DNA of 64,000 bases, taken from contig NIVC01001373.1 in the NCBI GenBank assembly GCA_002269645.1, positions 186,001-250,000 of the forward strand, read 5' to 3'. The position numbers and the translations under genes are program-made. This document shows, piece after piece, positions 12,951-45,496 of the stretch. The stretch comes from Macrostomum lignano. Taxonomy: Eukaryota. Below the pieces are notes generated by a model that saw only the letters and a list, made by a program, of their open reading frames with translations, did not search any database and had not been told where the DNA came from. The first letter of the stretch is position 1, and every line of letters starts with the position of its first letter.

Positions 12951-13073
12951 AGATCAATTCGGCCAGGTGTCCGAGCATAGCCAATATCAGATGAATTCGG
13001 CCAGATGTCCGAGCATAGCCAATATCAGATGAATTCGGCCAGGTGTCCGAGCATAGCCAATACTGCAGATCCT
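12951..13073. repeat. 38-bp triplication in the calcineurin 3' UTR region
   Basis: Unit aattcggccaggtgtccgagcatagccaatatcagatg, three copies. Confidence 0.9.
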
Positions 13074-13086
13074 AGACAGCTCGGCT

Positions 13087-27978
<14,892 letters not shown>

Positions 27979-28139
27979 CTGTGGGGAGAGATTGAATTCT
28001 GTTAATAATGATGAATGATTCCTATTAATTTGCTGATGCACAGGAAACGGCTTGTTTCAAAGAGGCGGGATTCCGGTCTAGAAATCAGTTATAAAAATTA
28101 GGATTTGAAATTAATGCGCTGGGATTGGATTGCAGAAAT

Positions 28140-28580
28140 TGAGGGATCAGTGATTGATGGGGATCACTGACTGGGATCAGTGATTGATGGGGATCAGTGA
28201 TAGATGGGGATCAGTGACTAGGATCAGTGATAGATGGGGATCAGTGACTGCGATCAGTGATTGATGGGGATCAGTGATAGATGGGGATCAGTGACTAGGA
28301 TCAGTGATTGATGGGGATCAGTGATAGATGGGGATCAGTGACTGCGATCAGTGATAGATGGGGATCAGTGACTAGGATCAGTGATAGATGGGGATCAGTG
28401 ACTGCGATCAGTGATAGATTGGGATCAGTGACTAGGATCAGTGATAGATGGGGATCAGTGTTTGCGATCAGTGATTGATGGGGATCAGTGACTTAGGATC
28501 AGTGATAGATGGAGAAGATCAGTAATGGGGATGGGAATCGGTAAGTGACTGGGATCAGTAATAGATGGAGATCAGTGACT
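28140..28580. repeat. Short-period GGATCAGTGA minisatellite
   Basis: Alternating gggatcagtgatagatg / gatcagtgactag units. Confidence 0.9.
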
Positions 28581-29004
28581 GGGTTTAGGTCACAGTGAAT
28601 CACTACAAGAAACCCAAAGTGAAAAAAGTAGTACAATTGAGCAGGCCAGTCTAGAGGCCACAGTGTGAGCTAATCAAACCAAACACAATGTTTTTTCACT
28701 TATAAATTCGCCAATCTAAAGGTAGTTGGCAAAATGTTAACTTTGAGAGCCGAATCTCACCTAGCATACAGCTGCAGGTGCGCGGGAAAAGCGCGGCCAC
28801 CTAGAGCACAGCCATGGATTGCGCACATACATGTAAATGAATGTATTATTGTAACAGTCTATAGCTTAACACAATAGCTAGTTGAAAAGGGTAAGGTCAG
28901 AATTCAATTGGATACATATTCAAATGGTTCCCTACTAAACAAAAGCAAAAACCTTTCTAACTCTGTTCTGTAAAAATCATACAATTCCAAAAACTCTCAG
29001 TCTC

Positions 29005-29600
29005 TCCATTCACCCTTTACACTCTATATTCACTCCCACACTCTATTCACTCTCAACATATCCCCATTCACCCTCACGCCCTCTCTATTCACTCCCAACC
29101 CTCTCTATTCACTCTCACAGCTTCTTTATTCACTCTCACACCTTCTTTATTCACTCTCACCCCTCTATATTCACTCTCATACCCTCTCTATTCACTCTCA
29201 CACCATTTTCATTCACTCTCATACCCTCTATTCACTCTTAACCCTCTGTATTCACTCTCAGTATGTCTTCATTCACTCTTACCTTCTCTATTCACTCTCA
29301 ACATATCTCCATTCACTCTCACCCTCTCTATTCACTCTCACACCCTCTTTATTCACTCTCACACTCTCTATATCCTCTCACGCCTTCTCTTTTTACTCTC
29401 AACATATTCCGATTCACTCTCGCCCCTCTACTCATAGTCAGTCTTCTCACTCTCTAAACCCACTATCCTTCACCCTCTATTCCCTATTACTCGACATTCC
29501 TATTCACTTTAATCCACTCCCATTCACCCTTTATCACTCTCATTTTCGCTAAATCCCACCTTCTCTATTAACTCTCAGAATCTTGTATAACTCGTTTGTT
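29005..29600. repeat. Degenerate CT-rich repeat
   Basis: Recurrent tattcactctca motif. Confidence 0.8.
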
Positions 29601-30943
29601 CCTTCTCTAACAGCGTATATTCTCTCTTATAGCCAGGCGTGCTCTTTATGGACTCTCATTCCCCCTCCTTTAAACTTACTACAGTTGGCACTCTGCTTAG
29701 CTACACCCCCCCCATTTTCCTCTCGTTCTCGTTGAGTGCAAAATAAAGCCTATACATGGGCTATGCAGAAATAAATAGAACACTGTTGCTAAGGACCAAA
29801 CTGGCCTGGACTGAGACGGCACAGGAAAGTGAAATAGATATGCGACGATTAAAGTACATCCACCCGAAGCCCGTGTTATTGCACTCGCAAAGCTTGCAAG
29901 TGTTCCTAAGCAAATGAACCATTACTGGCTTGCATTTCAGTCATCATATTTATCCAATCCAGCAATTGTTGTCACGTGACGCGCAATTTTCTCTCCCTTT
30001 CAGTCCTTCTAGACCCTCTCCTCCGCTCAAGATGAAAATAAGCCATGTGGGAGGGTTCATTCCTAAGCCCTGTGCCTCTCCGGCATGCGGAGGAATCAGT
30101 CGCTGATTACCATTACCAAAAATGTGTTCATTTCTGCTACAGGCACAGCGCGCTACGTATCCGAAATTAAGGCCAAATAGCAATCAAGAACACGGCGGGA
30201 GGGAAAGATGGCGATGAGAGGCTGGGAGAGAGAATTGAGGGAGCAGTCGGGGAAGAGGAGGAGGGGGAAGCCAAGATAAGATAGGAGGTGTTTCATATCG
30301 ATCCGGCCAAACAGGCCAATCGTGTTTTAAGAGTGGCATTGTCAAAAGCAGAACTGCATGGCTTCTATCTATCATAGCCCTGTCTCTCTGCCGGTAATTC
30401 AATGCAATTAGACAAGATTAGCAGGGGGGACTACTGAAGTGCTGAGGAGCAGCTAGGGGCAAGGTGGATAATTTATCAAGTGCAACAAGTACACTCAGCA
30501 TTCCCATCCCTGCACAAGCCGAATCCAATCATGATCGGTTCTCAAAATTTCTAATACCTAAGAAAACTAGAGTCGACTCAGTCAAGTAGTCTCAAGCTGG
30601 GCTGCGTACTAATATATATTTTTGAATTCCTAAGTATGAACTCGGTCTAGGGCTGTTTGATAGATTGAAGAAATGTGTTAGACAGAGGAATGGAGCGGGC
30701 TGGGCGATATTCGCTTTCTTATGCGGAGAGAGACGCCAAGCCCGCAGCAGGCGGCGTCGGGCGAGAAATAAGAAATTGAGCCGCGTCCTCCCCAAGGGAA
30801 ACGGGAGGAGGAGGCGGTGAACTGCGGCGCGATGCGGGCGAGAGAGAGAGAAAGGAGATTCAGGAAACAGAGCCGGAGCAATAACTGGGCAAAGGATTTT
30901 TGAAATGGGAGAAGCGGAGGGGAAAAACTCCCCCCCCCCACCG

Positions 30944-31051
30944 AGTGCTGTTGAGCTGGCCTGGTGTTAAAGACGCCGGCATCGCCTGCCCACCTACTGA
31001 GCTTCTCAGCTGAGCAGCAGCTGGCGCACTCATCAATTGGGCACCAGCCAT
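30944..31051 (-). CDS. Possible first coding exon of calcineurin A (MAGAQLMSAPAAAQ...GQLNSTR)
   Basis: ATG in good context, low-complexity N-terminus ending LNSTR, in a GC-rich promoter-like zone. The apparent donor is phase 2, whereas exon 27653-27978 needs phase 1, so a linking exon would be required and none was found. Confidence 0.2.
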
Positions 31052-31187
31052 TGCAGCTATTTATCGACTGCTAGCCAAGTTCTCTTCCACTTGACCAGCT
31101 CGGGAAAGGCGGTGGTTGGGGAGGAGTACCAGCGAATATTTGTACTTGAGTGGCTTGAGACACGTGTCACTTAAAAACTGATCCATC

Positions 31188-31955
31188 CTCAATTGCCACC
31201 ATCCACAGCAACCAGTAGATACAGCATCAGCTCCATCCTCAATTGCTACCATCCACAGCAACCAGTAGATACAGCATCAGCTCCATCCTCAATTGCTACC
31301 ATCCACAGCAACCAGTAGATACAGCATCAGCTCCATCAATTGCTACCATCCACAGCAACCAGTAGATACAGCATCAGCTCCATCCATCAATTGCTACCAT
31401 CCACAGCAACCAGTAGATACAGCATCAGCTCCATCCTCAATTGCTACCATCCACAGCAACCAGTAGATACAGCATCAGCTCCATCCTCAATTGCTACCAT
31501 CCACAGCAACCAGTAGATACAGCATCAGCTCCATCAATTGCTACCATCCACAGCAACCAGTAGATACAGCATCAGCTCCATCAATTGCTACCATCCACAG
31601 CAACCAGTAGATACAGCATCAGCTCCATCCTCAATTGCTACCATCCACAGCAACCAGTAGATACAGCATCAGCTCCATCAATTGCTACCATCCACAGCAA
31701 CCAGTAGATACAGCATCAGCTCCATCCTCAATTGCTACCATCCACAGCAACCAGTAGATACAGCATCAGTTCCATCAATTGCCACCATCCACAGCAACCA
31801 GTAGATACAGCATCAGCTCCATCCTCAATTGCTACCATCCACAGCAACCAGTAGATACAGCATCAGTTCCATCAATTGCCACCATCCACAGCAACCAGTA
31901 GATACAGCATCAGCTCTATCAATTGCTACCATCCACAGCAACCAGTAGATACATT
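31188..31955. repeat. 47-50 bp minisatellite
   Basis: Unit ccatcctcaattgctaccatccacagcaaccagtagatacagcatcagct. Confidence 0.95.
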
Positions 31956-32706
31956 ATTAGCTCTATGTATAAAAATAACTGAGATGACACATAAATTTTA
32001 AAACTATGCCTGTATGCCATATATCAAATTGGCTATACAAAGTTGGCAACCATGCAACAGATTAGCCATATGCCAAATGGCCATAAATCTAAGGTGTCTA
32101 TACATTTTTCATTTTCTAGGTTTTTTCTAAGTATATTATTACGATTTTCAGGTGGCTTTAAATAGAAAAAAAGAAAGTTCTATTAACCAATAAAATAGAA
32201 GTAAAAAACTATTTTTTAAGCAAATTAAAATCATTCTTTTAACTTTTTGTGAACTTTTTAATTTAAGGCCCAAATAGAGAATCTAGAATATCGATTACAG
32301 TTATTTCAATGACAAGAAATTTTGGTGACAATTGTTTTTACAAGACAAGATGCTTTGATGATTGTTGTTTTAATTAAAAATATATATTGAGTGAAAAGCT
32401 TGGAAGTTTATAGTTTTTATTTAGATGTTTGCTAAAATGTTTAAATAATACTACATTTTATTTTGTTTATTTTCTAGAATGAAATTGTTGCAATCTTTCA
32501 CAATGTACATTTGCTAGCTCCCATGAATATTTCTTATGCTTTTCTTGATATGCATTTCATTATAAGAACCTTCTAAGTATGATATGTACAAAAGTAAAGA
32601 AACATCAGTTTAATTTATTTATTTAATAACAATTCTATTAATAGGCAATAGCAATTGTCAAACAGTTTTATTCAATAAGTCCTTTAATTTTAACAAAGGA
32701 CTAATT

Positions 32707-32893
32707 CAGGGGTATAGGGAGGAGGGGGATAGGGGGATGTATCCCCCAAAGAGCCTGACCAAAACTTTTTGTTGCCCTTTGTTGCTATACATGCTACAAC
32801 GTGACTGTCATAGCACTTTTACCTTGGTGTATCCCCCCATAGAAAATTCACTTTGGTGTATCTCCCTGTAGGAAATTCCTGGCTATGCCCCTA
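32707..32893. mobile_element. 187-bp hAT-type MITE
   Basis: Ends CAGGGGTATAG...CTATGCCCCTA form an imperfect TIR, flanked by a perfect 8-bp TSD GACTAATT (32699-32706 and 32894-32901). Confidence 0.8.
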
Positions 32894-33400
32894 GACTAAT
32901 TGATCTTTTGATAGAATTTTGAAAACAAAAAATATAAACTTTACCAAAGTAGCTAAAAACTGATATATATAAAATGCCGATCACTAAAATGGCCACTAAC
33001 TAAATATTCCCTTTTTATTAAAGACAAAGTGTGTTTGTCAAAAAAGCAACTTGTAGCCAAAATGTCTATTACCAATAATAACCTACACCCTAGATCTTAT
33101 GATAAGTGCAAGCCAAGTAAGAGAAAAGAGATAGAATAGAGGAGAAAAGAAAGAAAAAAAGCAAGAGTAGGAAAAGGGAAAGAAGAGAAAGAAAAAAAAA
33201 GAAAAGAGAAAAGAGAAAGGAAAAGGAGAAAGAAAAGAGAAAAGAAAAGAGAAGAAAAATGGAAAGAAAAAGGAGATTAGAGAAAAGAGGCTAAAAGACA
33301 AACTTTGAGTAGATAAGATTGTTAATAAGTTTCAAAGCATTAAAAAGCTAGATAGAAAGGCTTAGCAGGCCATATATTCAATACAATAGACAATAGTTAT

Positions 33401-34268
33401 GGCAATCTTCAAGTTTTGTTCATTAAATTATTTTTTCAATGATTTCTGAACTATCTTGCTCTGAGATGATTATTTTCGAGTTCTCCAGTGTACCCAGCTC
33501 TTTCCTAGTTGAGAAAGTAGCGGTTTTGTTAATATTATATATCTAATGTACCGTAAAGCCATTGGTACGCAAAGGAATGTCTATGGCCCATATTACGGTA
33601 ACGTAATGATGACGTGGCTTTCACTGACGTGGCATTTTAGCAAAGAACGTCTATGGGGAATAAAGATGCTACTGTACGCAGCTTTAGGAGTGGCATGGAG
33701 TAATATCATAAGCAGTTAATAGACAAGCAGCTAATACACTATAAGACTAATACACTATGGCAGGACGACCAGCGGCACCCACTTTTATTGTACCAGTAGC
33801 ACAAGTGCAAACAAACCGCAGCTTTGTGCGACATCACCTTGACAATGCAGGAACTGGCTGTGATTACGGCAACAACAAGGGATTTATGAGTTCATATGGC
33901 ACCATCTGCACCCTGTCAATCCATTTGGGAACATCCTATACTGGATCGCACATTACTATAATGTCTAAGCATTGAGTTCTATATGCTAAACTGTTGCTAC
34001 TGAACTGGACTGCTACTACTGCCCCTGTTGTACCCCACTGTGTTACTATTTCTGTCTGTTTGTACTCAGCGTTACATGTTAGCTTTGCTTGTTTGCATCT
34101 TATATTTCTGGCTTTATAGTACCTTAGAGGTTAATATTAACAAAGCTGCTACTTTCTCAGCTAGGAAAGGGCTGGGTACACTGGAGAGCTTGAAAATAAT
34201 CATCTCAGAGCAAGATAGTTCAGAAATCATTGAAAAAATAATTTAACAAACGAAACTTGAAGATTGCC
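33401..34268 (+). mobile_element. 868-bp non-autonomous Merlin-like (ISXO2/IS1595-related) DNA transposon
   Basis: 137-bp TIRs (33401-33537 / 34132-34268, roughly 90% identical by eye) start GGCAATC. A 7-bp direct repeat TAGTTAT flanks both ends. An internal remnant reads YEFIWHHLHPVNPFGNILYWIAHYYNV*, resembling the ISXO2-type transposase C-terminus. Confidence 0.75.
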
Positions 34269-35232
34269 TAGTTATTTGATATATATAGCTATTCTATTAA
34301 TATTTCAAAGTTATAAACTTTAGATAGCCTTTATTTTATATAGCATTGCTACTTTCATATGGCCATCTTGACATTTAACCTAAAATATAATGCTGGCATT
34401 TGGTATTTTGGATACTTTTATTTAAGCTTGATGCAAAATTGAAAGCTAGGATACCAATTAGCATTAGTAAAAAAATGAATTTTAAAATTTTAGTTTTAAC
34501 ATAACATGATACATTTAATGTATTTTAAAACTAAAAACCACAACCACATCAAAATACATACGCTACGTTAAAAATGCATTTAAACTTTATTACTTACTTT
34601 GAACAACCCTTTCCATGACCATTGGTGCTTGTTCCTTAGTAGAGGATGACATTGACATGACTAGACTAGGCTTTTTTGATGCTCAGAAAATAGCTAATAT
34701 TATTAGGTACTAAGTAGACTTAGAAGTAATGTTGTAATGTCAAAAGGGGGTCTATGTATGCTCCAAACTTATATATATTATTCGAATCAGGATAAAACTG
34801 ATACTAAAATTAAATTATATTAATAATAATAAACAAACTGGAAATGATGTCTTGGATGAATGAAGGAATTATAATTTCAACCTCCTTGTTAGGTTGTATA
34901 CATAATAATAATAAAAATTATATCAAAAAGAATACTGAATTGAAAAACCAGATAGATAATTAAAATTATATTTTAGCTGGCTGTTGTTAGAGTTAGATGC
35001 GAGCGAGGGACCAGGCACACAAATTTAAAAAGTACCAAATATTATTCCTAACAAAGTATAAACCTAATTATCAGTTTTTACTGTATTTTACAGTACAAAC
35101 TGTAATAAATATTAAGCATTACTTAAAAAATGTGACCTTTGCTCTTTAACTTTGCAGTCAAAAAATATTTAACGACTTTTTTTCAGATACCGCAAGATAC
35201 AGCAGCATAGCACGCACAGTGATAACTGCTAT

Positions 35233-35654
35233 TATAGTATTTGTCATGCTATCTCAGCCTAGAGACATCCAAACTCAGCCAGCCCATCTCAACAGTGCGA
35301 TTTTTTACGTAAGCCAGTCAAGTTTTACCATAGACATGCTTCTTAAGGCCATGCTTTCTCAGCCTGGGACATGCAATCTCAGCCACTTTTCAGATTCTTA
35401 CTGACTTTTCTTGCTGCGTTCATTCATTGCTGTTTGTTGCCATTTCATGTCACGTTACAGAAATGATAGCATTGAGATCTGTTTGCAATTGAAATCTATA
35501 TTGGCTGAGATTGCATGTCCCAGGCTGAGATAGCATGGCCTTAAGAAGCATGTCTATGGTAAAACTCGACTAGCTCGAGCCAAAAAACGCATTGCGGAAT
35601 GGGGCTGGCTGAGTTTGGATGTCCCTAGGCTGAGATAGCATGACAAAAGCTATA
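35233..35654. mobile_element. ~420-bp palindromic MITE/foldback element
   Basis: Arms of about 160 bp (35233-35395 vs 35494-35654) are reverse complements, e.g. ttgtcatgctatctcagcctag / ctaggctgagatagcatgacaa. Ends are TATA, compatible with a TA TSD. Confidence 0.75.
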
Positions 35655-36785
35655 CCACCAACGTTACTAAGCTCGATTCAATTATCAATTACGAATGTGT
35701 TGTTTTGTTAAGATTTTTTTGCTCCAAACAAATCATCAGTACAATAAGTTTATTTTATTTGATGAAATTTTCAGGAACTGCATCATTACCCCATTGGCTT
35801 TTAGGGCATAGGCCTACTGCATGTTAACTGTATTGTAGCAATTTATTTATTTATGATCGTATAGTCTGAATTACATGCATCTATTCAATGATAGTATGGA
35901 TGAAATGTGCATGTTAAAGTGAGCTAGTCCTAAAACACTGAAGTAAAGAGTGACAGAGTACCCAAAAATAGTAATGTTTCAATCTTCCACTTCAGATTTT
36001 GACCTAAGTGGCCAAGTTCAATTCTAATTCCAATAGGCCTAATTTTACATTAAATTCATTTATTCGTTTATCTTCAAAAAGCAATTAAATGGTTTTGTCT
36101 GTCATTTTGTCTAGTTTTTTTTACCAAAGTTACTGTATCATTACCAAGGCCAAGTAATAGCTTATTATATAAATACCCAGGCTAGATAATATGGTCTATA
36201 TCTCTGCATTTGTTTGATTGGTCTTAAAAAATTATAGAAATATAGGCCATTATATAATGAATTTAGTGCTAACTAAAGTTTTAACTTAATTGGGTTGAAA
36301 AAGCAAAAGCAATTGATCATTTATTGAAGAACCTATAAAATTAGCAATAAAAGTTTAAACTCAACAAAATGTAAAAGTTATCAAGCAAATAGTTCTAAAT
36401 GGGAAGTTCTAGAACTTCAAGAAACAGATCACCAATTGTGAAAATCTTTAAAATAATTGCCTTTCTATCTAATGAACTTGGCATAGTGTATTGGCTTATA
36501 ATTAATAAATCTATGCCAACCACATGTCTTTAGCTATTGCTCTGATCAGCCCCTCAGTAGCCGCTTGCAGCTTGGGGAAGCTTGCAAACTGCTGGCCTCA
36601 TGGACTTATCTTGCGTGATAAATCTGCTCTTGAACTCGTTTCCTAGAGCTAAAATTTCTGCTCTTTGTTGTTGAAACAGACTTTATATTAGCAATTCTTT
36701 TGCTCAAGAATGTGCTAGCCATTCCTAAACTAACTGAAGTTGGTTTCACATCCGTTAGCATATATAGCTAACATTGGTTCTATAT

Positions 36786-37180
36786 CAGGGGTCCCCAACC
36801 TGTGGCCCGCAGGTCGAATGTGGCCCGCGAGCCCTTTTTTTGTGGCCCGCGGAACCTTCTAGTAGTTTGCATTACATGTGGCCCACCAAGTCTATCACTG
36901 GATTTCACTGCAGCCCCCAAAGCTGACCAAGAGGAAAACTAGAGCGCAGTTGACTGATGGCCACCTCAAAGATGCACTGCTGCTTGCAGTTTTGTCAATC
37001 AAGCCAAACTTTGACCTGCTGTCGAAGGATAAGGAGCACCAGCCATCTCATTAATTTTGTTTGATATTTGGAAATAGACATTTTTGCTTAGCTTTGCATA
37101 TTTTATATTAGCATGCGGCCCGCAAACCCTAAGCCAGTTGTCAATGCAGTCCGCCGCCTGTAGAAGGTTGGGGACCCCTG
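36786..37180 (+). mobile_element. hAT-Charlie family non-autonomous element with transposase C-terminal remnant
   Basis: Perfect 15-bp TIR CAGGGGTCCCCAACC / GGTTGGGGACCCCTG. 8-bp TSD TTCTATAT / TTCTAAAT (7/8; Charlie-like NTCTAGAN). Internal frame about 36923-37053 reads KRKTRAQLTDGHLKDALLLAVLSIKPNFDLLSKDKEHQPSH*. Confidence 0.9.
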
Positions 37181-37869
37181 TTCTAAATCCTGTCTTATGC
37201 TACTTACTGCTTTATTCTTTTTTTACAATTTATCTATGGCTAAACCTTCATAGCTTACAAATAATGATTCATCAATACTTAGCAAAAGTAACAATGTGGT
37301 TTCCGATCTATTTTTTCTAAAAATTATCTGCAATTTCTCTATTAGGGTTTTGATTCAATATTCTTCAAAAATTATAAGGGGAAGGGCAGTTGCTTATAGG
37401 AAGGAGTGGGTTTTAGAAAGAAAAGACCTAAAGAAAGTAAAAAAAGGCAAAAATGTGTTTGCCCCCCCTTTGTTTTTTTAGATCTGCCTAAAAGGGGAAG
37501 CAACTGCCTCTCCCCCTGCCCCCTAGTTATACCACTACTACTAAATAGTTATTGTTCTATTATGTTGTTATGGTATTTTTATATACTTTTTTACAATCTT
37601 CATAAGACTATAATTTGTATATAGGGTAATGACAGGTTTAGAACTTTTTATTGGAATATATAAACCATGAAGCTAAGTCTATAAAGGCACTATGTAGACA
37701 AATTCAAAGCTTCATAGCAATTAGATAGTAAATATTATTAATATCAATACAAAACTTTAAAAAAATTCTTTTACTTGATTCTCTATTTTAAAAGCAAAAG
37801 AATCATTAAAATTTAAGAGGTTATATAAAAAAGATACATTATTCGGTCTGATCTCTGTATGTGCAAGGA

Positions 37870-39050
37870 GCCTATGACTGTCATGCCCCTCTGTGTGCCA
37901 TGAGCCTATGACTCATCCTACTGATTCTGCCTGTCTTCTCTGTGTGCCATGAGCCTATGACTGTCATCCTACTGATTCTGCCTGGCCCCTCTGTGTGCCA
38001 TGAGCCTATGACTGTCATCCTACTGATTCTGCCTGTCTTCTCTGTGTGCCATGAGCCTATGACTGTCATCCTACTGATTCTGCCTGGCCCCTCTGTGTGC
38101 CATAAGCCTATGACTGTCATCCTACTGATTCTGCCTGGCCCCTCTGTGTGCCATAAGCCTATGACTGTCATCCTACTGATTCTTCCTGTCTTCTCTGTGT
38201 GCCATGAGCCTATGACTGTCATCCTACTGATTCTGCCTGTCTTCTCTGTGTGCAATGAGCCTATGACTGTCATCCTACTGATTCTGTCTGTCTTCTTTGT
38301 GTGCCATAAGCCTATGACTGTCATCCTACTGATTCTGCCTGGCCCCTCTGTGTGCCATGAGCCTATGACTGTCATCCTACTGATTCTGCCTGGCTCCTCT
38401 GTGTGCCATGAGCCTATGACTGTCATCCTACTGATTCTGCCTGGCCCCTCTGTGTGCCATGAGCCTATGACTGTCATCCTACTGATTCTGCCTGTCTTCT
38501 CTGTGTGCCATGAGCCTATGACTGTCATCCTACTGATTCTTCCTGTCTTCTCTGTGTGCCATGAGCCTATGACTGTCATCCTACTGATTCTGCCTGGCCC
38601 CTCTGTGTGCCATGAGCCTATGACTGTCATCCTACTGATTCTGCCTGTCTTCTCTGTGTGCCATGAGCCTATGACTGTCATCCTACTGATTCTGCCTGGC
38701 CCCTCTGTGTGCCATGAGCCTATGACTGTCATCCTACTGATTCTGCCTGGCCCCTCTGTGTGCCATAAGCCTATGACTGTCATCCTACTGATTCTTCCTG
38801 TCTTCTCTGTGTGCCATGAGCCTATGACTGTCATCCTACTGATTCTGCCTGGCCCCTCTGTGTGCCATGAGCCTATGACTGTCATCCTACTGATTCTGCC
38901 TGGCCCCTCTGTGTGCCATCAGGCTATGACTGTAATGCGGTAGGAATCGGTAGGATGACAGTCATAGGCTCATATCACATATTGGGGTCATGCCATGAAC
39001 CTATGACTGTCATGCCCCCTCTATTTGCTATGAGCCTATTACTGTCATCC
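37870..39050. repeat. 51-bp minisatellite with one inverted unit at its right edge
   Basis: Unit gagcctatgactgtcatcctactgattctgcctggcccctctgtgtgccat; inverted copy at 38950-38973. Confidence 0.95.
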
Positions 39051-40115
39051 TACCTGTCTGTCTGTATTCTACCTCTCATTCGTAAAACAGTTCTATTTTT
39101 GTTTTGTCAGTTAATTTAAATCAACATTTAGCAATGTAGTTTAAGTGCTAGTGCTCCATTGCAGTTGTACTTTTTTATTGGCGGAATTGGGTCAGCGCTA
39201 TTGCACCGACAATGCCACACGGTGACCCGTTACCGCCCCATAGTGCCGCTAGATTGGGCCAAAGTCACTTATTGTCAGTTAGTATTTTGATAATCTTTTG
39301 TGTGGGTGGGTCGGCCGCTGTCAGCACCGGTAACCCCTTCATTTCCTAATTTAAATCTTTCAAACCACTTCTGCATTATTTGAGTACTGCTGTCAGTTAA
39401 AGTTCTGCTATTTTGTATGCAATCTTTCTTTCATCTATCTTTTTCAGCATCTCATTTCCTCCCGTCATTGTCAATTGTCAAGACAAGCCCACTTAGCTCT
39501 CTATTCTGTTTGCAAGCACTCTGGCCATTTTCCAAACTAAGACACTAAAGACTTCCATTTATACCCTTCGGCTCTGATTCAATGCAGTATTTAGAAATAT
39601 TGCTTGCAGCAATAGGCTAGTTTATGCAGAGTGCTTATAATAGTATTAAAGACAAGAGGGCAGACAGAGGGAGAGACTTAGCAGCCAGTCCGCCTGCGGT
39701 GCGGGACAGGAAAGCAGCCGATTTCTTCTGCCATAAAGTCGTGCACAGATCCACTGGCGGTCGGGGGGGGGGGGGTTGCAGCCTTCTGCGAGACCAGAAA
39801 CCTTCGTACCCCCCGCCTCTCTGTCTGTCTGCCACAGTCCTATGCACTGGCCGTACCGCTACCTATGCAGTTTGTGTCGCAGACCCCCCGCCTCCCCTCT
39901 CTCCCTTATTAGTCTTCCATCTGCAGGGCCCAGTGTACAGAGTTGGTCCTCTCTCACTGACTATATATATATATATAAATACTATGTAAGCAAATTTATT
40001 CTCGACGTTTCACCTTTTCAGACTATTCAGTTCGTATAGCAATAAGCCTTGAAAGCTTTTAAAAGGCTCTGCGCTCTCATCTTAGTAAGGGTAATAAATT
40101 ATTAGTAACAAGTAG

Positions 40116-45496
<5,381 letters not shown>

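Noticed and set aside
37881-38943. 333-334 aa ORFs open on both strands
   Set aside because: The 51-bp unit is a multiple of 3 and stop-free in these frames, which explains the ORFs; no domain, start context or splice evidence.
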